DNA of 64,000 bases from Tubulanus polymorphus (taxonomy: Eukaryota > Animalia > Nemertea): the NCBI RefSeq assembly GCF_964204645.1, contig NC_134031.1, positions 13,999,807 through 14,063,806 on the forward strand. Reading direction: 5' to 3'. The position numbers and the translations under genes are program-made. The notes under the pieces are model-generated. The model saw nothing but the letters and a program-made list of their open reading frames with translations. It ran no database searches and had not been told where the DNA came from. Below are positions 53,171-64,000 of this stretch, one piece after another. How positions within the stretch are numbered: the stretch's first letter is position 1; every line of letters starts with the position of its first letter.

Positions 53171-55201
53171 ATAGAGACGATTTGTCGGGGCTAAATTGGC
53201 TCGAATCAGGTCCGACTTAAATTTTACGCATGGCTTACCAAAGAGCGCGCAGATTTTCATGTTCAAATTCATTTGACATTCAAATTCAAACCCATTCATT
53301 CGTTACTAAACAATGCTTAAACCATGGAATCTAAAACGAGTCCATACTTAAACCAAGCGAAGTGACTGACTTCCAGAACCAGTTTAAATCAACACGCTTA
53401 ATTTGACTCAGGTCTGGTCCGTCGTTTTTGGTCGGGCGATTAGGCACGGGTCCATTTTGCACCCATTACTGTTTTTTTTCGCCAGATCTCTCCGTCCCTA
53501 CACCTTTTAACTTGATTTTTATCATCCACGTATTTAAATTTCGATTCTTTCAGCTTGTGTTAATTTTATACTCATGCAAAGCACACTGATTACAATTTGC
53601 AGCAGTGCGCTATATAATGAAATAAGTAATATTGATTGTTAATATCAATATTAAGTGTGAATTTGCAGTTGAAAAATAATTGATTTGATTAACAGTATAA
53701 TTTGATCTAGACCTCCCAGCGTCAATCAATGAAGAAAAAATTTAACTAGTCAAAGACTCAAGATCAAGTAAAGAAAAAGGAAGATGCATTCTAACAACTG
53801 ATTGCGATGTGAAGACTATATAAGCCTTATTATTAGAACCTGCACTACAGCTATTCAACTTTCTATAAATCATTCGTCGCAGACCCTCAAATACCGTGTA
53901 CATTATCACTCAAATTGCCTAAATATGTCTGGTGTCGTCGCTATAGTAAACTACTTATTAAAACAATTATTACACCAATATAATTAATATAAACACCTAT
54001 CATTCTAAAAGCTCAGGTTTTAGCGTTTAGTCGTTTGGAAGAACATTCATCCCAAAGTCTATATTTCGAATAACAGACCAGGTCCAGTTTCCTTCGTTTG
54101 ACATTCGGAGGAACATTCCTCCCGAAGTCGATACTTTGAATATCAGACCTGAAGGTCAAATTCTCTTCGTTTGACCTTGGGAGGAATATTCCTCCCAAAG
54201 TCAATTCTTTGAATATCGGACCCCATGGTCAAGTTTCCATCGATTGACATTGGAAGGAATATTCCTCCCGCAGTCAATTTTCACAATATCGGTCCTCTTA
54301 ATTGGTGACACTCAAAGAACGCGCGGCTCAGATTTCTATTGTGCGCCTATCGCGAGCTGCGCGTGAATCACTTACGTAATCTTTTCTGTAAATGTGAAGA
54401 CCTCGGGGGCATTATGTTCTCTAAAGCCCAATATTATCCCAAATTCCGGACTGTTAATAGGTTGATTTTACAGCAGAGTCGACATGTTTCAACAATTTTT
54501 AACTGTTCATTTATGAATATTTGAGGACTTATGAACTAAAAATTAGTTAAATTTTTGATACATTTTGAGAAAGTCACAAAACATTTGAGACTGCGTTAGC
54601 TGTCATATACGGCTCCGCGTCCACTGATGGAATGTGTATTAGGTGACAATTCAATTCAATTTATTATTGATCCTTATTACATTGAAATTCCCAAATTCAA
54701 TAAAGTTACAAATTTTAAAATAAGAAAATACAAGACACAAGTCAAGGATATCGAGTGACAGCCAAACCGGGCCCCGGGGACCGGGTCAGCTGGCTACACG
54801 ATATGCTGATGAAGCAGACATCAGAAGAGCTCTTTCTTCAACCATGGAGGCAATGAAGTTGCAGACCAGCTTAGAGGCACAAGTGAATCGAAGTCGGTCG
54901 CAAGTTGACAATTTTTTTTTTTAATTAGGCCAGTCAGTAATAGGGAATATGGGGGTTCATACCAAAGGTCGAAGGGTCGAGCTCACTCTCCCCTTCAACC
55001 TTTGATATGAACCCCCATATTCCCTATAACTTATAATAATTTCATATAAGTGAACATTATTTAAATGAATTTCATATATTTTAAAATCATTTATATGTTA
55101 ATTACAAAAGTGTGAGTAAAGTGTGAGTAATAATGCATATTTTAACAGATTTCGAATAAAAATATAAGTAAAATAAATGGATAATTAAAAGAATATAAAA
55201 G

Positions 55202-55775
55202 TGGAGAGAATTTGGAGAAACAACAAGTACATTTTTCGCAAACTTTGAAAAACAACGCGCAAAAGCGAATCATATTAAGACTCTTAAAAACGACTTTGGT
55301 AAAATAAAAACCAATCAAAAAGATATTGAAAAAATTCAACTGAAATATTACAAACATTTATATAGACGAGAGGAAACGGATCAAGATGCTCAAAATTTCT
55401 TCCTAGCTAATTTACCCCAAATTTCGGATCAGAATAAACTTCGGCACGATTCCAAAATAAACATGGACGAATTGAATTGTTCGGTAAAATCTTTTCAAAA
55501 TAATAAATCTCCTGGAATGGATGGCATACCTATTGAGTTTTATAAAGAATTTTGGCACATTCTCCTAGATGACTTTCTACAATTAGTACATGCATGTATA
55601 CAAGAAAATAGACGTTCAAAATCAATGCAGAGAGGTTTTATATCTTTAATCGATTTCCGATTTCATAATCAAACCCCCTTTTTCGTTCCCGGGTATGTAA
55701 GCGTAACCAAATCAAACTAAATTTAATCGCAAAAGTTTTAACAATTACCAGTCAAATAAATAAGAGATTAAGATC
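55202..55775 (+). mobile_element. Keno-like ORF2 fragment fused by deletion to the 3' terminus; tail-less junction to U2
   Basis: High similarity to 17138-17588, then 3'-UTR end, then TAAGATCAAAGTGCAG. Confidence 0.88.
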
Positions 55776-56786
55776 AAAGTGCAGCATCTGTTCTCATCAG
55801 CTTAATATCTGATACGCTCCCCATAGGGGAGCTTCGATATTAAACTGATTTTTTGTACTAACTGAAGATTCAGGGGCTTGCTCCACCTTCGCCACGAGTT
55901 GGCCTGGTATTGCAGTACCTCAAGGATCGGCTCACTCCCTCTGGAGTTCAATGTCAAATAAAGATAGTTGAGCCTATGTCTATCCTCGCTTACCAGGTTT
56001 TGTTTGTCTCCCGCCGCAATGCTCACGCCAACACGAGCTCTGTCTGTAGGCCCAAGATTTTTTGGGCGCACGAGTGGCCGCTCTGCGGCCACCTGCACTT
56101 AGCCAATCGCACGCGTGAAAAACAACGTAGGATCTCCGAATCAGTTGTAATACTTTCCGTCTTAAGTTTTAGCAACCAACTCTGGATTTCACGGCAAGTC
56201 ATCTATCCGGAGGCAAAGAAATCGAAGCTAGCAACCGCGTTACTGAGTAAAATAGCAACTTTTTCGGTGATATCATAGCAACCGGTGGCACGATAAGTGT
56301 TCGAATCCCGATTCATTGCGCTGTCATATCGGGCCACAGCGTGTTCAAACCGTGTGCCTAATAGATATCGAGTATCGACCTACGTTTATCCATAAGATTC
56401 ACCCTGACTGCAAACTAGTAAACGGTACCAATTCAAATTCAAATTATTCCGCTCCGCCTTTATCCTTTCTAGACTATCATTTCAAAAGTTTGGATGGGCA
56501 TGTGGAGAACGAAACTCACTTCTACGTGAAGTGAAGATGTTGGCGGGGGACAGCGATCGCATCCCGCAACTGCGAACCACGTGTCGTAGCCTATCGACAT
56601 CGTAGCGGTAACGCTTTTGGGTTGGTTCACTGAGTGTTTCACATGTGTTTTTATCGCGACTAAAGTGTATGTTATTATCGATATTATGAATATTAGTAGC
56701 AAATTTTCCGGGAATAATGAAGTTCACATTTTATTTGCAAAAATTTAGATCCATCGTAGTGGCTCGAAATTAATACCGGAATATAT
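55769..56786 (+). pseudogene. RNU2: Orphan degenerate U2 gene (55769-~55938) with internally deleted spacer
   Basis: U2 with substitutions, including branch-site GTGCAGCA; spacer homologous with two ~300-bp deletions. Confidence 0.9.
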
Positions 56787-57879
56787 ACAGATATATCGGA
56801 AATTTTGATTTGAATTGACTTCGTTTTTCGGTTTTGTCACGACAAATCGCCTACTACTATTGAAATAATATATTTGTCATGACAATTCAATAGAAGCTAG
56901 GACATTTCAATTTATATCAATATGATGTCATTCCTCATCGCTTATCAACAAATTTCCACCCAATTTTGGCCCCACAATATCAAAAATTATACTTAAAAAA
57001 ATGTTCATGTCCTAAATTATGAGTTTTGATCTCCAATATTCTGATAATTTATATGTACTAACTGAACAACTAATAGTAAAAAACACATTTAGTTCGTCAA
57101 AAAGCTAAAGTTCTTGGATCATACTCTGGAATCAAACGTCAAAAATACGAGGCCAAATCTTGGAGAAACTAGTCTTCTTTATCGCTGATACAACTGGCTC
57201 AATCCACCTAATCGTATGATCAATAACATACACAAGGATCATTCATATGAATTAAAATATTGTCCATCAAATGAGATTTTGATGAGATTTGCTTTCAACA
57301 ATCTTTCCCCATACAACAAGACTTCAGCTGTGCTTGCGTCCTAATAATCTGGACCTACTGTAATACAACAGTTCTATTTAGTCTATTCTGTATAAGAGAC
57401 ATAATTTTCTACCTACATTTTTGCTTTCATCTTAAATATCTGCAATCATCCCCAAAAGGTATACATGCGTATATTGTATGAATACATCAACCACTTTTTT
57501 ATTTATGATTTTCTGGTACAATGTCATCTGCCGAAGGATATGTCATGCTGAAAGCCCCACGAAAAATTCTATTTCCAATCGAAAATATTTCAACTGTTTT
57601 CTGCAAACTACCCGAGACACATATAGTGACACAGTTTTCTTCCTGGAAGAACCATTCCAAACTATAAAATCAACAGAATTGAAGAAGACGCCAGTTAAAT
57701 TAGACAATATTACTATGAAGCCTGGGTATAGAAATATGCACTTTTGTCGAAAATGAGTTAGATATTCCATGAAAATCGGCCTCTTACAAAGTTTCATTGG
57801 TGCTAATTTGGTATGGATCGGACCGCTAATTACTAAATTAATCAGCCTAATTAATTGTTGAATATGGCCTTCTTCCTTA

Positions 57880-60800
57880 TTTGCTTTTTGGCGACCCGTC
57901 TCGACAGTTCGCCAAAAATATGCTCTATGACCGCTTGATACATGTTTTTTTTGCGAACCGTCGAATATCATACAATGTATCAATTTTTACTGTTGTGACC
58001 AAGCGCATTGTCCAAATAAGGTTGTATTTTTCAATACCAGCCTAAGACCCCCTCTCCCAGAGTATAAAAAGGGTCGAATCTACCTAACCTCATCACTCTT
58101 CATCGAGGTTTCAAAATCTTTACAATATTACTTCAAAAGCGAATCTCACCATGGACGTTCTTGTACCCTGGGAAGCAGATGACGTTGAAAATGTGGTGTC
58201 ACGAAAACAGCTTAAAGTGATTGGTGGTGGACGCTTGAAAGTTGACTCAAGAGTGAAGATATGGTGGGGACCTGAAAGAAAATGTTACTCCGGACGAGTC
58301 ATAGACACTGAACGTGTGAAGAAAAATGGTGACGAAAATGTTCCTCTCGCAGACATCACATCTGGTCTGAACAACGAACCTGATGAAAACATTACAGTAC
58401 TTTCTCCTGGTCTAGAATTGACACTCGAAACCAGCCACCCAAAAATAGACGTTTTCTTGCTTCAGCTGTTGAAAACCTCAACTCATTGTCATTTTTAAAC
58501 TACTCGGCGATGACAAAGAAGACGAAGATAACGTTGCGACATTGGCTGACATACCCACACAAGAAAAAGCATTACAAAGAGCCATAATGACTGCAAGAAC
58601 GATAGCCAACAATAGCGATAGAGATTCCGACAGCATTGATGATAAAACAGTTGATCCTGATTATGTTCCATACCCTGAAGATCATCATTTGAATTGTTGC
58701 GTATGTAATGGTGATATATCGGCTGCCTGCCACTCGTGCTTGAGTCTATTGCAAAGATCACTTCGATGCAGAATGCGATTTTTGTAAGAATATTGGTGGT
58801 GATGCTTCAACTCCTAACAACGTGGTAGCCTCATCAGAAAGCTTTGTAGTCGAGGGTGAAGTTCAACACTCGCTCAGCTCAGATCTCCTGACCAAGAAGA
58901 TATCAAAACGTCAGCAAGTGAAAGAAGCGCGTCTAAGGGGAAATTCTTTCCAGTCGGAGAAATCTGGCAAACAGTATGAAGATAGACACGAGAAAAACCA
59001 CGGTGCAACAGCAGATACTGTTCGACAAAAAGCTTTGGCTGTGAGTTGTTCTCCAAAGAAAGACGAACCGATATTTTACGTGGCTTCTACAACCTACAAT
59101 CGTTTCTACAACAACAATAATGACTGTCCAGGGATCTGAGCTCCACTACATCAGTGGTCAACAAAGAAAAAAGCAGAAAATGCCGCACCATTTCCTATTT
59201 TCTGCTGGTCGACAACTATGGAGATACCGCTCAAGTCTGTCGTATCCTCTTCCTTAATACACTGCGCGTAACCGATCGCCAAGTGAGAACTGTGGTCAGC
59301 AAAATTACAGGGACAGGAACGATATTACCAGAATGTCGCGGGGGCCGCCCATTAAGTCAGCAATTGAGGGATATCAAAGTAAGAAGTCTGGTCGACACCC
59401 ACATCAGACAGTTTCCAGTTGTTGAATCACACTATAGTCGTGCAGATACTAATTTTCAGTACCTGTCTTCTGATCTCACCCTCACGAAGATGCATAAGAT
59501 GTATCTCAAAGAACACAGTGGAGCGGACGCAGTAACTTTATCATTCTACTACAAGCGATTCAAGGGGATGAAGTTGAAATTCTATCGACCTAAGAAAGCG
59601 TGTGTGGAATTTGTGAAGGTTTCAGGCTGTCTAATGAGAGCGAGAAAGCAAAACTTGAAAGCGTCTACAGACAGCTTATAATGGAAAGAGATGAGATCCG
59701 GAAGATCAAGGCATCCTCAAAGAGCAAAGTGCCGAAAATGAGATCGTTGCCTGTTTTTGACCTCCAGCAAGTCATCTTTCTGCCACGTAGTAACCGAGGA
59801 GAACTCTTCTACAAAAGACGATTATCTGCTTACAATTTCTCAGTCTACGACGTGAAGAAAAGGCAAGCCCACTGCTTTCAGTGGAACGAATCAATAGCGA
59901 ATGAAATATCTTCGAACCTGGCAAAATTTCTAAAACTCGTGGACGAAGAGGGCAATGAGAAAGTGTATCTATTCTGTGACGGTTGTGGTGGCCAGAATAA
60001 GAACTCGATCTTCTGCGCTATGCTTATCGATGTACTCGCAAAATCGACCCATCTGAAAGAGGTAAATGTATTGTACTTCGAAACAAATCACGGTCAGTCC
60101 GAAGGAGATGCAGTTCACAGTCTCGTGGAGAGGGCATTGAACGCAGTAGGGGAAATGTACGTACCTTCCCAACTCTCTACTCTCGTCTGAATGTCAGCAC
60201 CAAAACCATATGTAGTTTATCATATATGTACGAGCGATATCATGGACTATAAGTCGTTAAGTAACTAGATGGGCTTGCTTCGCTGTCGGATCGCGGAAGA
60301 TGGAACTGAAATTCGTTGGCCCGAACCTCGTCATTTACAGATACGAAAAAGCGCGTCGCCTTCAATATTCTTTAAGCTTTCTCACCTTGAAGACAGGTTC
60401 TCCGAAATAAGAATACCATAAACAACGTCATGGCGTTGTACAAGAACTATCCGCCGCATACGATCGACCTCCAGCAATTGCAGTAGAAAAATATAACAAT
60501 TTGCTATCGTTATGTAATGGACAGAAACCTGTGATCAAGAATCCAGAATACCAGAACTTTTATAAATCGCTTTTGCATTAACCGACGATGAACATCAATG
60601 ACGTCATATAAAAGGAAAAATTGCAGAAAAATCTAATTTGAGATCGTTGTTAGAAAAATCGGATCCATAGAGCATGAAACAAAGAATAATCAATTATAAC
60701 ACTACATAAGAGTGCGTCGAATATGGGAAATCGATTAAATTAATACACCACGAACCGTCGAATGTGCGTTCGATATGGATAATCGAGTGAATCAAATTTT

Positions 60801-61098
60801 TGGTGAACCGTCGAATATGCGTCGAGTATGGTAATCTCATGTAAAATGTTTTTTTGGGTCCCGTCAAATATGACGACCTCTTTTACAATTAAAAAAAATG
60901 GTAAATATCAGTCATTTTCGGTATTAGCTTGTTTAATACGCTAATAAGGTACCTAAATCAGCTTTCTGTAACATAAAAGCAGAGATAAATGAATCTGATA
61001 ATCAAAACGAGAGTGACAAAAAAGTTCGAATTTTCAAATTGATTTTACTCAGTTTCAACAAAATTGCATATTCGACGGTTCGCCAGAAAGCCAGCAAT
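57880..61098 (+). mobile_element. Degenerate Sola1-like DDD DNA transposon (frameshifted transposase ~58151-60580)
   Basis: FDLQQV, FYKRRLS.YNF, DGCGGQNKN, HGQSEGDAVHS motifs; subterminal GAACCGTCGAATA repeats inverted at the ends. Confidence 0.65.
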
Positions 61099-61099
61099 A

Positions 61100-62737
61100 T
61101 AGTACGACCGACCAGATGTTTGTACTTAATGGTGTTATAAACCATATCGTCTATATTAAACATCAGAAGCTTTTTGCAGCATTTTTGGATTTCTACAAAG
61201 AATTTGACCTTGTCGACCAAAAAAAACTGCTCCAACAACTCTTGTCTAATGGAATTGAGGGGAAGCTTCTACGTATTATCAAATCTATGTATTCCTTTAT
61301 TAAATCATGTGTTAAGTCGAATAACTCGTACTCTGATTATTTTCAATGTAACATAGGAGTTCGCCAAGACGAATGTCACTCGCCTTTATTATTTACTCTA
61401 TTTATACATGCTATGGAGGAATGTATTAGATGAAATAACTATGACGGTGTTGATGTAGGTTTGTTAAAAGTAATGATACTTATCTACGCAGACGATACTG
61501 TCATACTAGCCGAAACAGAGGCAAGTCTGCAGGTAGCACTTAATAATGTATCTGACTATTGTGAAAACAGAGGCTTAAAGATAAGTAATGATAAGACTAA
61601 AATCATCATTTTCCGTAAAACTGCCAATGTAAGGGCCCCTATTTTCTTCATAAACGGGCGTGCCATTGAATGCGACAATAGGTTCAAATATTTGTCTTAT
61701 GTTTCATTTTAATGGAAAGTACAATGCTGCTGTTGACACTATAGCCGAAAAAGGAAGTGCAGCTTACCATGCTTTTCTGAAGCACTCCCAGCATTTCCCA
61801 CACATGAACCCAGAATTGTTATTAAATTTTCAATAGTCTCGTTTTATCAGTCCAGAGTTATGGGCGTGAAATATGGGGTTTTAAAAACAAACGAAGTTAG
61901 AGAGAATTGTGTTGAAGTTTACAAATCCATCATGGGGGTAAAACAAACTACCCCTGACTGTTTTTTCTATGGTGAGCTCGGTATTTTCCCCTTAATTATC
62001 CAGAAAAAGGTGCAGATTCGAAAGTATTGGGCCAAGGTACTAAAATCCAGGCCAAACAAGCTTATGCGAAAGTTATATGAAGTTATGCTTGCTGATATAT
62101 ACAGTCACCCACGGGTGACGAACTGGGCTTCACAAGTACGCGATCTATCAAATAACCTAGGCTATGGACAAATATGGCATGATCAGAGTATAGAAAATGA
62201 AAAATGGTTTTTCCGCTCCATTGAGCAGCTACTGAAATATCAATTTACCCAGGAATGGCATAACTGGTTAAGTAATTCCAATAAAGCCAAATTTTATCGA
62301 AGTTTCAAATCATCAATTATGTACGAGCCGTATCTAAATGTAAGAAAAAACATCCGGATATCAGTGGCCAGATTTAGGTGCTCCAATCATAATTTCCGTG
62401 TTGAATCTGGTCGTTGGCTACATCCTGTCTTGCCCTACCGTGAAAGAATATGCCAATACTGTGATCTAAATGCTGTTGAAAACGAATATCATGTACTAAT
62501 AATCTGCCCCTTGTATAGGGACGAAAGAACGAGACACATCCCACAAAATGTTTTGTGCAACCCTAATTCTTATAAAACTGTTCGTTTTCTGAAAAACTCA
62601 TGTTATATGAATGACCTCCATTTGTTTCTTTTAAAACTCAAAATTAAGCGTGAGTTAGTCAATCTATAGTTTCAATCTCCCCCTTTCCAATTAAAGAAAT
62701 GTTTCTTTGACAATAAAGTTTATTATTATTATTATTA
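61100..62737 (+). pseudogene. 5'-truncated degenerate LINE (RTE-X/CR1-group-like) with (TTA)n tail
   Basis: GVRQ, IYADDT, RFRCSNH..ESGRW..CQYC..ENEYHVLIIC; AATAAA followed by TTA repeats. Confidence 0.8.
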
Positions 62738-63079
62738 AAATATGTTATTTTTAATAAAAAAAATGGTATGAGTGTGATTTGAATATACATTTATGAAATA
62801 AAATTATAATCTGAAATATTATATAATCTAAATGGTATGAGAGTAATGATTAAAATATGCTACTTTTAAAGAAAAATTGTATGTGTATAAAAATGATATT
62901 TATATATCATATTTTATGAAATTAAAAATAAACATAATATCTAAATTCTGTATTAAATATAGTAGAAAATTTCCATATTAAAATTAAACTTTTTCAAAAA
63001 GATAAAACCCACTATCTACAGATTAAAAGAATTTAAAAACAAGAATTTATTAATTCGACCAATCTAAAATATATAAAAT

Positions 63080-63121
63080 ACACGACGTTTCGATCTCACC
63101 CTAGCGATCATCGTCAGGTGT
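63080..63121 (-). ncRNA. Minimal type I hammerhead ribozyme (Penelope-like element type)
   Basis: Reverse complement reads ACAC CUGACGA U GAUC-loop-GAUC GAAAC GUC GUGU. Confidence 0.7.
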
Positions 63122-63229
63122 GAGATATAGACTAAAAACAGGGGTATATATACAGAGGAGAACAGGTTAATTGAGTAAATTGGTGAGTCCGTAAATAATT
63201 AGTGTTTGGCAAGGCATGAAGCAAGGCAT

Positions 63230-63820
63230 AAAACAAAGAATACCATTATTAAAGACAGAAAAACAGCTGTTCTTAAGGTTCATGCCCTCTTACAGATGTT
63301 AAAAGTTAACAATTTACTCATACATAGTAGTTACATAGCATGCGATTGAACATCAGTTAACTGTTCTTTATAGCCTGACGCAGGTCATCACCTGTGAAAA
63401 CCTGTCAATATTTTCCTCAATAAATCTTTTTCTATCAACAAATGAGGACCGGTGACCCAAGATGGCTGCCATTTGCGTCACGCATGGCGGATCAAAGAAT
63501 CTGTGCGATATGTTTAAGAGCCTTTCTCAAAGTATAACCATTACGAATCTCAATGAAAAGTGGCAAACCATTTTCGGAATTAAGAATGACCTTTTTCAGC
63601 ACAAAAAGGTTACACGACGGCCATCTTGTGTCAGATCGTCCCAATTCTTCTTATGCTGGTGCACCATGGGGGGAAACAAACATACGTGAAAGATCAAGAT
63701 AATTGATTAAAGGGTCTTCAAAACTTCCCAAAATAACTGGAATCAGTCTGCGGACGAACAAAAGATCGAAAGTAAACGCAATAGCCCACAGGGACTCCAG
63801 TTCCAAGTGGGGTTAAAAAA
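63230..63820 (-). mobile_element. Diverged relative of the Helentron-like element at 33350
   Basis: Shared internal motifs CCAAGATGGCTGCC and ACGGCCATCTTG; terminal hairpin-like sequence followed by an A-run. Confidence 0.45.
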
Positions 63821-64000
63821 GCCTCTATAGTCAGAAGAAAATTAATGACTTCCCAATAATGTGCTTCAAATAGCCACATACTAGTAAGTGATTTGTTGAG
63901 ACATTTGCAGATGTAGATGGAAGTCTACGTCTTTTAGACGCATGCTGGGGAGATCATTGTCCAAATTACAGGGGCTCGTATCAGAGTTGTAGGTGATGTA

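Larger units (their letters stand above)
45750..54601. repeat. Long inverted repeat pair (~45750-46450 and ~53990-54601) with internal ~54-bp subrepeats
   Basis: ORFs 45827(-) and 54339(+) are near-identical; palindromic GGGAGGAATATTCCTCCC subunits. Confidence 0.85.

Overview
Eukaryotic (animal, probably marine invertebrate) genomic DNA; most short ORFs in the track are spurious. Bases 1-21.7 kb are the end of a tandem U2 snRNA gene array: 1804-bp unit, 7 intact U2 genes, each with octamer, PSE-like element and 3' box. The array is parasitised by a target-specific L1/Tx1-clade non-LTR retrotransposon of the Keno type. One full-length intact copy (14854-21077; ORF1 RRM + zinc knuckle, ORF2 APE-RT-CCHC) sits exactly after U2 nt 37 with a 15-bp TSD. 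At least three more copies, one cut by the window edge and the rest degenerate, use the same site. The element carries three short segments identical to its own U2 target, including its 3' terminus, plus a triplicated 3'-UTR hairpin. Its 3' junctions fall into tailed and tail-less classes that the target mimic can explain. Bases 21.7-64 kb are mostly decayed, nested transposons: a tandem element whose junction looks like a tyrosine-recombinase site, an ISL2EU-like SAP-SWIM-YqaJ-PHD pseudogene, a Helentron-like element, an apparently intact Harbinger with interdigitated antisense genes, Merlin and Sola1-like relics, LINE fragments, MITEs, an orphan U2 pseudogene and a Penelope-type hammerhead ribozyme.
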